Below are positions 26,151-37,621 of a stretch of 49,485 nucleotides of DNA, piece after piece (positions within the stretch are counted from its first letter, which is position 1; the number at the start of each line of letters is the position of its first letter). The DNA lies in the NCBI RefSeq assembly GCF_001194135.2, contig NC_068990.1, positions 94,450,926 to 94,500,410 of the forward strand, in the 5' to 3' direction. The DNA is from Octopus bimaculoides (Eukaryota). The notes beneath the pieces are model-generated. The model searched no databases, had not been told where the DNA came from, and saw only the letters and a program-made list of their open reading frames with translations. The position numbers and the translations under genes are program-made.

Positions 26151-29100
26151 TTAACCACACAACAATGACTTCACCTATGGTGCAAAAACTCATGGTGATG
26201 ATGATGATGAAACTGATAACAATAAGATTATTTGATACTGTTTTCTTTACCCAATTCAAATATTTAACTAAGAGCTGCTGCCACCATCACCACCCCTCCT
26301 TCACATATCTATATCAAGGTTTTGAAGGACTTGAGTCTCATCTAAGAAGTAGTAGTGGTGGTGGTGGTGCTAAGATGAGTGCCGATTTTTATTTTTTAAA
26401 GAATACACTCCAGATGTAGGAGTGAGAAGCTTGTGGCATGATTAAAGACCAGGCTTTTCTCTAAACAGATCTATTTAATCCAATGAATAAAACTCATTGA
26501 TAAAGAAAAAAGGTCATGTTATTTTCTCTGTTGCTGTGAAGTCACTGTTTTGATTCTTCCAGGGACATAAAGCATTGCTTTCGTTTACTGCTGCACATAA
26601 TGGACGTCTTGTTCTGGGAACTGCTTCAAGAAGTAAAATATTTTCCTTCTTATCTCTTCACTTTTGCGTGCATGTGTGTGTGTGTTTTATTCTCTTTCCC
26701 TCACTACTTTTATTACTCTTCCACAAAAATCACGAATCTTCAGTCGTCACAATTCATAGTTCTTGAATTAACAATATTTTTATGAGATGCTGGTCTGGTG
26801 GTTATTACAATGAGTCACGGGAATTGGCAAGACTGGATGGACCCACACACATTTCCTAGCATATGACACTTGTTTAATGTTAGTCAAGTGTCACTGATAA
26901 CAATGTATCCACCAGATTAAATTGAAATGAAACTATTGATAATAAAATTAAGTAACACTATAGAATGCCATACAATTGAGACCAACAAGCTTCTATGAGG
27001 GAAACACACAGATATGTGCATACATATACATCCAAATCCACTCACAAGACTTTGGTTGGCTTGAAGCTATAGCAGAAGACAACTGAACTTGAAGCCACAA
27101 TTGAGAAGCAAACTCCTCAGTTACATAGCCATCTCTGTGCTCTATATGTATCCATCCCTCTCTTCTAACCTACCCAATCATTTCGTTTCTCTCTCTTGTT
27201 ACTGCTCTCTTCTTGTAATCCTCTACTTCCCCAATTTCTGGCACCATTAGTAATCCCCACCTCTGTACTATCCTTCAAAGCTTACAGACATTGCCTGCCT
27301 CCTCTCCCCCAATTTCCACCATATCCTGCCTCCCTCTCACCCATCCACTCTTAGTTTTTCTGTTCTACTCATGTCTACTCATCTTGTACCATGAAGTGAC
27401 ACTGCGCACCTCATCATGCTATGTATCTCTTTGCAGTTACTACCGATTCAATTCTTACTCTCTCTCCTAAATATCAAAAGCCAAGCAGCTCCGCTACAAC
27501 AAGAACCTGCTCTGCTCCACCCCCTTCTACCTTAACCCACATCTGCTATCATGGAGCTCCTCCCTTATGGTTTGGAGGCTTACAAATTGCATGGCAACCT
27601 CACTAGTGCTGGTGGTATGAGAAAAGTACCCAGTATACACTGTACAGTGGTTGACATTAGGAAGGGCATTCATCCATTGAAATCCTAATAAAGCAGGCAC
27701 TGGAGCATGACGTACTCCTTGGATCCACTGGAGCCTGTCAAACTATCCAATCCATGTCAGCATGGAACACGGACGGTAAATGATGAAATATATGGCACAA
27801 TCAATTTTACATCCAGTTTCAATGCTGTCATAAGTTGGACAAAACGGATAATATTCTACAGCCAGATGCTCCTCCTGTTGCCAACATTCATTTTTTAAGG
27901 AAGGTACTTGTTTTTTATATTTCAATGGTGTTCCTACAACAAAACTGCTCAAGAGAAGCATAAACATAACTGATGATCATATATACACACAAGATCGTTG
28001 TAATGTCGCTGTGCAATCAAAACATTTTTATAAATAGTTTCACCTATGACAATTCGTCCGAGAAGAACAATCAGCAGCTTGATTCATCTCATCATTATTA
28101 AAAAAGAAAAATCTTAAACGCCTATAACTGTCAGTTAATTTATTATAATTAACTATTTATTACTTCAACTTTATTTTGCAAAGACATGTGAAGAAAAAAA
28201 ATATAAGTGAAAGAAATTTATCGATGGTTCGCAGGCAAAGACAAGTAATGTGATTCGGGAGTATCCCAGAGAAAAAAACAACTGCAAAACGTTATTTCTA
28301 GAACTTCAGAATCTTATTTAAATGTGTAAAAAAATTCTTTCATTTACTCTTTTCACAAATTTACCCTCCCATAAAAGAACTTAAGTTTAACAAATTTAAA
28401 ATTGTCCAAGGACTTTATGACTTTATGTGTGTGTGTGTGTGTGTGTGTGTAACAATGGAATTTCATGAGTGGAGTGCGAGACAATTTGTCTGGTTGTCAC
28501 TTAATGCAGTATTTCCTCAAGGTCTTCCTGGGATTGTTAAATTCGTTGTCACACTTCCCATTCTTAAAACTAAAAATAAATAACCGGTGTAATGTGTGAA
28601 TGAGATGTCCTCGTTAGTCACTACTCTAAAACTGTTTGTAAACTATGTAGGTCACGAGGTGTGGCCACATTCTAACCGTTTCTATATTGACTTTTTCCTT
28701 GTTAAGTTACACGACTCTTGTTGCTGTCAGATTTTTTTTTAAAGAATGGAACGTTTGCAAAGACAAAAAAAAGAAAATCTTATAGTAAGTCTAATGAGGA
28801 TTATATGCAATAACGAAATAGTTTAACAAATTATTAAAGTGCTTTTAATAGGTGGGAAAAAAAAAGGTGGGGCGAGAAATAGAGTTAAAATGACTTTGTA
28901 ATATCACTAGAGACACCAATTGGTTACCTGTAAAAAAACGCTACCATATAAAAAAATGTAACATATTGTGTCGGTTAACTAGTAAACGGAAATAAAAATT
29001 ACTATTAGGTGGAGAAACTAAAGTTCGTATTTTATTTCAGTACCATGAATAATGGTTAATGCTAGGGTAACTGTTTGTTGTTGCTTAGCTGCATATCAGC

Positions 29101-29799
29101 CCTGATCTAGCAGAATTATGATTAAAGGTATTCCGCTATGATCATCCATTCATTTCTTACGTTGCTCAACGTGTCCATTTCTTAAACTGACGTGATTTGA
29201 GGGGGATATTTGTCGCTTTCTAGCAGGTTGAAAAACCACTGACTTCCTTGTTGATTATGTGATTAGGGGAGGCGGACTGACAACTTTTATCTGAGTCCCA
29301 GATCCATTCATGTTTTCCTGCGATATCCAGGAAACAATCCACATGTATATCTAAGCATGTGGATACCATAACTTTTGGATAAAACAAAAACCATGTTCAT
29401 AATATGTTATGTAACGGCTACGCAATAACATTTCTACCTTTTACCTCGACATTTAATAGTTTTTATAGCGAAAAAGTGACAACAGTATTTCAGGTTACTC
29501 GTGTTTCCGTTTCAAATCTTAGTCAAAATTAAATATAATTAGTAAACATAAAAACGCTAAGTCTGGGGGGTAAAACCCTGTAGTTATGCCGTTTCTAATT
29601 TACGCATAAAGAAAGAAATTTAGAGGGAGGGAGCAATGCGATAGCGCCGACCCCAGGACTTGATTGCTACTTTATCTTATGGAGTCCGGAGGGATGAAAG
29701 GCAAAGCTGATCTCAGTGGAATGGGAATTAAGATTATGTAAAGGATCAGAAGAAATACCGCAAGGCATAAACAAACAAAACAAAACAAAAAAAAATTAA

Positions 29800-30090
29800 G
29801 AAATTATCAAAGACGTCGAACACTTTTCCAAGAAAGTTGTCGAAATAGAGATGTCATTGTTGCACATGAGCTTCCCTCATGAGAGATCAAGAGGCTTGGC
29901 TGAAAAAAGGGTGAATGACGTCGTCTCTTCGACACTCTGTAGACCAATATCGAAGGAATGACGAAATATGAACCTGTATGAGGATAGGTGGTTAAAGATA
30001 GTGGTAGAGAATAGAACTTTAAAGGTCAAAAAACGTAAAACGTGATATAAAAGGCTGGGACAGTAAGTTAGCGCGACTGGAGAAATGAAT
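29800..30090 (+). mobile_element. Old LINE 3' remnant retaining CpGs
   Basis: PHERSRGLAEKRVNDVV resembles the RSRGRPxKRWxDxV C-terminal motif of RTE-type ORFs. Confidence 0.4.
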
Positions 30091-32462
30091 AAATGGATTT
30101 AGCAACCCAGTTGCTGCATTGAATGACGATATATAAATGAACAGATTGAATTAATCTGTTCCAACCTCCATTTTTGTTTTTTTAATGATACGAAAAGCGA
30201 AAATTATCTTTTTGAAACGTTTGATTAAAATTAACACGTGTTGGCAATTAGAGGAAATAAACACGATCAACGTTATCTTCGTTACACATGCTAAGAGAAA
30301 ATATAGACATCTTGCAATATGAAAGGTGGAAAAAGAATGATACAATGAAATAAAAGCTTTTTAAAGGCAAGAATAATGATTCTAATACAATTGAAATACC
30401 TCAGAAAAAGGATACAATCAAACATTTCTCATCATCGGCGAGTAATTTTTTCACCAAAGGTAAAGCTTCCATTATACCTGTTGAGTAAATCCAAAATAAA
30501 CTTTAGCAACTACATAAGAAATAGGGATTTCCTACTGAATTCCAGTTCGGTTCTGTTTATTATATATACATCCAGGGGGAAACAAGTAGAATATTCTTTT
30601 GTATTTCTAAATCGGACAATTGTTGCGACGGGTTTACGATTGAATGGCAGCTGTTGAGGACATTCAAAGAGAAAATTGAATAACTTCACACGGCAAAGCG
30701 TTCACATGTCTGGAAAATAGTTCATATTTTGGGTTTTCTTGTAGCTAAAAGAAAGTAGAGAAAACTGGAATTGTACATCTGTATTCATTTCTAGTGAGAA
30801 GAGAAAAAGAAAGTCCTCTTTTTGTATTTCAGGACATGGAATTCTTCCACTCGCATATTGTGTCCCAAGCAACTAAACAGATTTTTTAAAGATACTATGT
30901 AATATCTGGCGAAATTATAGAATTTACTGCACGTAGGAATGACAAGTGTTCACCGTCATTTCTCCGTTCATTCTTCATACATTTGTCATTTTATGCAGAC
31001 AGCTCAGATGAGAAAGACGATGGTGATGATGCTAACAATTTGGACAAGTGTGACTTGATGCTTTTTTTCTTACGGTTTTGTTACGAGTGCATTCAAATTT
31101 CATCTCCGATCTTTATTATATTCGTTTAGTCTTTCCTTATTAGTTGGTCAAACTGCATCTTAATTCCGGGCATCAAAACAACCAACAGGTTCTCGCGGTT
31201 GAAACGTTTTCATTTCATCCAAATCTCTTTCGACAGCTTTCTTACGGTGAGTTATTTAGTAATTTGAAGAATCTGGAATAATTGTAGGTGAGTAAGAGAT
31301 GATGAGACAATTATAAATCATAGAACCAGCTGGATCGATCCATCAATTTGAAAAGAATCCAAGATAATGTTATTGGTTTGTGTGCTGGAAAGACACAGAA
31401 CCGACATTATATATACAACAGAGCCAATAGATTTAGTTGCGTATTCCAACTTAGAAAGAGAGAGAGAAATATTGAGGCCGGGACGAAAGTTTTATTTGTT
31501 TTTAGTTCCAATCTAACACGAAATAAAACTACTTCGTAAAAACAAAAATTAAATTAAAGTTTTAAAAAATTAAATTTTTTTTCACGAAATTATAAGAATT
31601 AATTTTATATATTAGAGAAACAAATTTTCACAAGGATACAAGTGACTGAAAATCTATAATGCGTTTGGGAAACAAATAAACGCAATAATTTCTTATTTCC
31701 TAAACACGTTATTTCTTTATTTGTAACATATGTGTGTGTGTGTGTGTAGAGGAAGTAACTAGTATATAATTACTGTATAGGTATCAATGGGTTTTACTTC
31801 AGCATCAGAATGTTGATTTCTTGAGTACAAAACGACATTTATAGGTAAAAAAATAAAGCTAAAAGAATGTATTACATTAATTTCCTTTGTCAAGCACAAG
31901 GTTAGCATTGATTATTCTGTTTAGAATTTCTATATTTTCTAATTTATCGGCCTTGAAATCTTTTTTATTTCAACATCAATCACTGTGTGTCGACAAATTA
32001 GAAGAAAAAAAAAATTCTCTTATATTCACTTTTTAAATCTTCCGAAGCTGCAAGTTAAATTTCTTTTAACTTTTCCTTTCACATTTAAAGTTCATCTGCC
32101 GATGAACATGTCTAGATTTACCTTTGTTTTTGATTTTTTTCGTTATTCCTTATAACATTTTCATCGAATTTTATATCAAAATTCGATGTGGTTCATTACA
32201 TGGAACTTAAACTTTCAGTTATGATCCGATTTTTCATTAACTATTATGGGACGTTTCCATTTTCATAAGATTGAATAACTTTTTATTCTTATGCAACCAG
32301 TCTTTCTTTAAAAACTGAAATCTTTCAGCATAAGGAATCGATAAATTTATTTTTTTAAAAAAAGAAGCACAAATATAAATTTAAACATTTATTAACGAAG
32401 TGTGTTTCTAATAAAATACGAAACTAAAACGTATCTGTTTAAAGAGAATGGCGGAGAGAGGC

Positions 32463-32476
32463 GTTACCAAGGTAAC
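32463..32476. promoter_or_regulatory. RFX X-box (GTTACC-AA-GGTAAC)
   Basis: Perfect match to the X-box consensus GTNRCC-N(0-3)-RGYAAC. The palindrome extends to CGTTACC-AA-GGTAACG (32462-32477). It sits just upstream of the candidate first exon. Confidence 0.7.
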
Positions 32477-32479
32477 GAG

Positions 32480-32657
32480 AGTCTGTGATGACAAACTTTA
32501 CTTTATACAACATATCGACAGCGAGCAGAAAATTTCTAATGAGACGGGAAATCACCTGAAGAAAATATTTTATGTTTAATGTATAAATTTAATGAGTGAC
32601 AAACACATGAACAGCAGCTTGTACTGGAGGAGAAGAAACCAACGATACTTAACGCTG
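32480..32657 (+). other. Probable upstream first exon of the docking-domain gene (start approximate)
   Basis: Consensus donor CTG|gtaagt at 32657/32658, ~180 bp downstream of the X-box, at the right edge of the CpG-retaining zone. The strong acceptor at 37229/37230 needs an upstream donor. The splice junction itself is inferred. Confidence 0.55.
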
Positions 32658-35600
32658 GTAAGTGAAATCGATAAAATAGTTAAAATCGATGTGATTTTGG
32701 TGAACGATTGCTGGTTTATTTATTTCATGATTAATCTTCTTTTGAATTGATGATTTATTTATTTCATCCAGAACTTTGTTATTTATATGTGACAAGGATA
32801 GTAGAATACGAAGTAAGCTGTTGCGAACTGAGTATTGGGGGAGGGGGACCAGGGAAAAATCTTGCATATTTTACATAACCATTGGTGTGGCACTAGTGAA
32901 GTTGGGCAGATAGTAATGATGTCTCCATGTGGCTAATGTTTTGCCATTTTTGTTCAGTTACCATCATGGTTTAAACTAGTGCACACCTTGAGTTTGCTAT
33001 CAAAATGTTTATTGAGAATGGTGGATCTGGAAGGATGTTTCTGCCACACCGATGGTAACTGTGAAATGTTGTTTATGCTCAAAATTTTCATTTTTGAAAT
33101 ATAATTAATCAATTCATTTGTAAAAAAAAAAAAAAATGTTTTTTTTAAGTAAAGCAATATTTAAAATATTTGGTTTAAAATTTTGAATCATATGTAGTCA
33201 ATGAAAGAGAAAAACTGTCCAGATGCGTAAAAAAAAAAAACTCTCATGGATATACCATTCTTGATAAACACTTCAACAAAAAACCATGGTGATAACTGGG
33301 GGGAAACAACAGTAAAACATCAACCACATGAAGACACTATAATTTACCTGCCAAACTTCACTAGCCCCCACACCAAAGACCATGTAAAATTTGTGAGTTT
33401 CCTGCCACACCTTGTGTTAAAGCCAAAGAGGGGCATAGGAAGGGTGTGGCAGGAGGGACAGATTTGGCTGACATGGATTGCAACCATTGCTAGTTGGAGA
33501 TAATCTTGTCACCTGATGCCTCTATGTGGAGTGAGAGAAACTAAATGACTAAGATCCTTTAGTTTCATTAGAAATGAACACAAATTCAATATCTAAGCTA
33601 CAAGATCTGAAGATCTTTCAGAGCATAAATTATATTGTAAGTAATAAATGCTGTATGTAATAATTATAAACTTTGGATTCAGGGAACAAATTATTTCCCA
33701 ATTTCTGGCATTTAACAAAAGAACTTTAAAAACTTTTTTTTAATGCTATTTTTGGTAATGTCTTTTCTTTTCTGTTGCTACTACTACTACTACTACTACT
33801 ACTACAATCATTAAGGAGTTTCATTGACAGAAATATCATTGCAATGATTTATTTTAAACAAATCATTCCCTTTCTTGCCACTGCTGTCGTCATCATCATC
33901 ATCATCATCATGGGGATGAAATTGGTACAGTTTTGATGGGTCTACAACTATGGCACACCTCGACAGGCTTCAATACTTCATCTTCCCCTTCTTCTCTACT
34001 TCCACACCTTCATCTTTTCTCTCTTTATTTTTCTTTGACTCTCCCTCTTCCTCTCTTTCCTTCCCTCTTTTTCTTCTTTTGCTGAAATATTGTTTGGGTT
34101 TTCTTTCTGTGAATAAATAACATTTGGCAAGTTCAGACTTAAACTGAGCATGAAAATTATGAGTTGGGACAAGTGTTTGTAGGGGAGAGGTGTACATACA
34201 AGTGCATGTACATGGGAAATGGAAAAGTAGCAGAAAAACTGGTATAATTACCAGTTGCTAGCTATCAAGACAATGCATCCTTCAACGATTCCATGTTTCC
34301 TGAAACTCACACTACTCCTCACACATCCCTGCACCCTTTCCTTTTCACATCATTTTACAGTTGACTTTTCTCTTTTTGTGTGTGTGTGTTTTATTCTGTG
34401 TGCCATGCATATACCTGGAGCTTTTACTGCTCTTTCACATATGGTTGCATTCTGTCCTTCTTTTCCTATGAGCACTGTGTAAAAAAAGCTTATTATTATT
34501 AAATATTGCTGTTTTATATTTAATAATTTCTGAAACCACTATCACTGAAAAATAAAATACGGATTTCTTTTGTGATATATACAGGGTTAGTTTTACAGGA
34601 GTAGAAGTCATTAGAATTGATTTCAGGATATTACTGGTACTTATTTATTGCTCCACTCACACACACACCTCAGCAGGATGAAAGGCAAAGTGGTACCTGA
34701 GATGGGGGTTGCAAAATTGAATAGGGGGTGCAGCACAATGAGGAGATTTTACTACGTTTTTGACTTTGAGACAAAATATATTTTTTACAAATGTTTCCCT
34801 ACCTTACAAAAACTATATTAGCCAAGCAAATGATCTTTCTGAAATGCATCAGAAACATCATAACATGATCTGATCAGTATTTCAGAAAATTATCTCAGTT
34901 ATCTTTGAACATACAAATGACAAATTTAGTTGGGGCAAAATAAGGAAGACAAGATAAGGTGAATTTGCCTCTTCAATTATCCAGAATTACATTTGGAAAA
35001 AAGACTTGTACACATCAATATCCATTCTTAGACAACAGAAAGATCAGAAATGCAAAAAAAACAAAAACAAAAACATTTTAATATGTAGGTCAAATGAAAG
35101 AGAATCGTGGAAAAATGACATACAATATGAAATTAAAGAAACTCTACTATACCAAAAAACTCAACATAAAATATTCTCTGTAGCTTCTTCACATTCTGCT
35201 CAAGTGTCTCTCTCTGATATATTTACACACTATGCAGTTAAAGAGGAAAAAAAAAAATCAAAATTAGCCATTACTCATTTTACCCCATTTTATCACATTA
35301 GACATTAAGTGTAGGAAAAAATTGATTTGGAATCCAACAGAAAAAAGAATATTGATTGCTAAATACCAAAAATTATCCAGTTATTAGCAACCTCAACAAA
35401 GGTAAGGAAGAATTTCTTGAAAGAAATAGTAGCTGACCATGTTTTGGACTCTCTCTCTCAACTTCAGCAACAACAACTATGTTTGACCACTTTTTATTCC
35501 TAAATAAAACGTAGCAATAAAAAATAATGATGATATACTTGTAATGATTTCAAACAGGAAGGAGGAAAATTCTGTATGCACTGGCATATAATATGACTGG

Positions 35601-37279
35601 GTGTACAAGACAACCCCCAGGACTTCCATTTAAAAAAGTGGGTTTTCAGCTACACTTGCTGTATAAGACTATCTCAGAACATAATAAGACAGCAGTAAAG
35701 ATGTGTCTCATGATAGGAGAGCAGTGGTGTTAGGAAGGATGACCAGCTGTTGAAACCAGCTAAAAAGGAAATTGATGAGCAGCAGGTGACTCATTTAGGA
35801 GCACAGAAATGACTCAACCAATTCAGCACGGGGAAATGGACGCAAAATGATGATAGCAGCAGCAGCAGCTGAATTCTTGCTACTTATTGCTAATGTGTTC
35901 TCTAAGAACAAATTAATTCCAAGCAAATAATAAAAGATTGTTTCAAATACAAAAGCTTTTTAATTTGCTCAGTACATTGACTGAGCTTTGCTTCACTTGA
36001 GTAAATTATGTCAGGAGATAACAAATAGGATTTAGAATTTGAAAGTAAAAATAGGGAAAATACAGGGACATTTCATTATGCTTTAAAGCTCAGGAAGAGA
36101 ATAAGGGCAACAGCATTTTTGAAGTCATTTTATAAAGAAAATATCATATTTACACTATAAGTCAACAATAGAATCTACTTTATTATTAAAACTAGAGTTT
36201 CAGTTAATAAAAAAAAAAAAACCAGCAAAAAACATGGATGTCTTTAACCGGGACTTCACAAATGTCTTTTGCTGATGTACTCCTTCATTATGTTTGGCAG
36301 TGTTGGTGTAACCTGTGTGAAGAATATAGTGAAAATAATTGAATACTGTAGACTAGACAGTAGACATATGTTATTGATTTAATTTAAAGAATTCAAATCC
36401 TACTCTGGTCAGCTTTGCCTTTTATCCTTTTGGTATTGACAAAATCAAGTACTAAAGTCGATATGACTATTCCTCTCCACCTAAATTTCTTGCTACATGT
36501 TTTTGTAAGAAATTTGTTTCATTTAATTTAATGTTAGAATTTTAGAGATGCTGTAAACCTTTTTAGAGGTTTTGAAAATCTTTTTAGAGATGTTGGAAAC
36601 CTTTGTTCATTGTAATGATTGGCCAGGAACAGAAAAGCTCTCTACATATATTTTCTAAGCAACAAATTGCATTTAATAGTTGTGATTACTTCAAAATTCC
36701 AGTGTTTTTACAAGCCTTGCATACCCCAATAGCTTTTTTTTTGTGTACCTCTAGGGATACACACACCTGAGTTTGAGAATCATCCCTGCCTTTAATTGCA
36801 GAATGTGATTATGAAACCATAAATATTAAGTTTTAGCTCCAGGAGGAAAAAATAAATAAAATAACTAAAATTTTAAAAATAAGGTTTGTAATAATTTAGT
36901 CTTGCAGTAAATTATGATTTCTCTTTATAAATTTAATTTCCAACCAAAAATGTTCTAATCTTATTTTTTTACTTCAATTGTTTATGTAGCAACAATGTTT
37001 ATTTTTCATACAGATCTTTACTATGTGGTACATCCATAGACGCTAGCTATTGTTGTCAACACATTGTTTTAATCTATAAGTTCAGTGACAGCTAAAATCT
37101 GTGGATATACCCCAGGGTAAAGCTTATTTTTTACTTTCTCATTTTTTATCTTTCCATTTTCCTTCAATTATTTTCATTTTTGTTATTTTTACATCATAAT
37201 TGTTACATCTGTTTTTTTCTTCTTTGTAGATCACTATTCTTAGTTTGAACTCAGTACTATCCTACAGTTTAATTGAAAG

Positions 37280-37621
37280 ATGTCTAACACAACCAGAGAC
37301 GATGCAAAGCTCTACATGGCCCAGCATGGAATACCCCAGCTCTTTGAATGCTTGCTCAGTTGCCTGTTATTAGAAAGACCACCTGATCCAATCAAATTTA
37401 TCGAACAGAAGATCGCAGAAGTTAAACTTAAAGGTGTCAAAAGCATTAATTGGGAGACTTTTATGTGCCATCTGCATCCTTATTGTGATCACTATAAAAG
37501 CAAAACCATCATCAGAGACAGAAACAGGCTCAATCAGGGTAGTAATAAAATTACAAGTGAAATGGTTTCCACTGGCTACAAACCCAATACTTTTGAGCTG
37601 ACTGAAACGCATAGAAATTAA
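37280..37621 (+). CDS. 113-aa protein with an AK5-type N-terminal dimerisation/docking (RIIa/Dpy-30-like) domain; no kinase domain
   Basis: ORF MSNTTRDDAKLYMAQHGIPQLFECLLSCLLLERPPDPIKFIEQKIAEVKLKGVKSINWETF... parallels the recalled AK5 N-terminus (DAKEYL..REIPQLFESLL..L...PEDP..YLE...KVK....VKWDTF). Acceptor tttttttcttctttgtag| lies 50 bp upstream (exon starts 37230). An in-frame upstream TAG confirms the start; the stop is TAA at 37619-37621. Confidence 0.88.
   Translation: MSNTTRDDAKLYMAQHGIPQLFECLLSCLLLERPPDPIKFIEQKIAEVKLKGVKSINWETFMCHLHPYCDHYKSKTIIRDRNRLNQGSNKITSEMVSTGYKPNTFELTETHRN

Larger units (their letters stand above)
27990..32830. promoter_or_regulatory. CpG-retaining intergenic/promoter interval between two divergent genes (limits approximate)
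   Basis: Hand counts: 13 CpG in 29401-29700, versus 2 in 13501-13800 and 1 in 36301-36600. Confidence 0.55.

Noticed and set aside
28044-29180. Candidate INPP5B first exons: MNQAADCSSRTNCH(S) before gtgaaa near 28044, and MDTLSN before gtaaga at 29160
   Set aside because: No similarity to the family N-terminus; the second lies inside an interspersed repeat that also occurs near 4840-5040 and 25270-25410.
30540-31110. Minus-strand IGDE / VAWD / LQEN / FPPGC pieces suggesting a Tc1-mariner or pogo transposase
   Set aside because: The spacing between pieces fits neither mariner nor pogo, there are many stops, and no TIRs were found.
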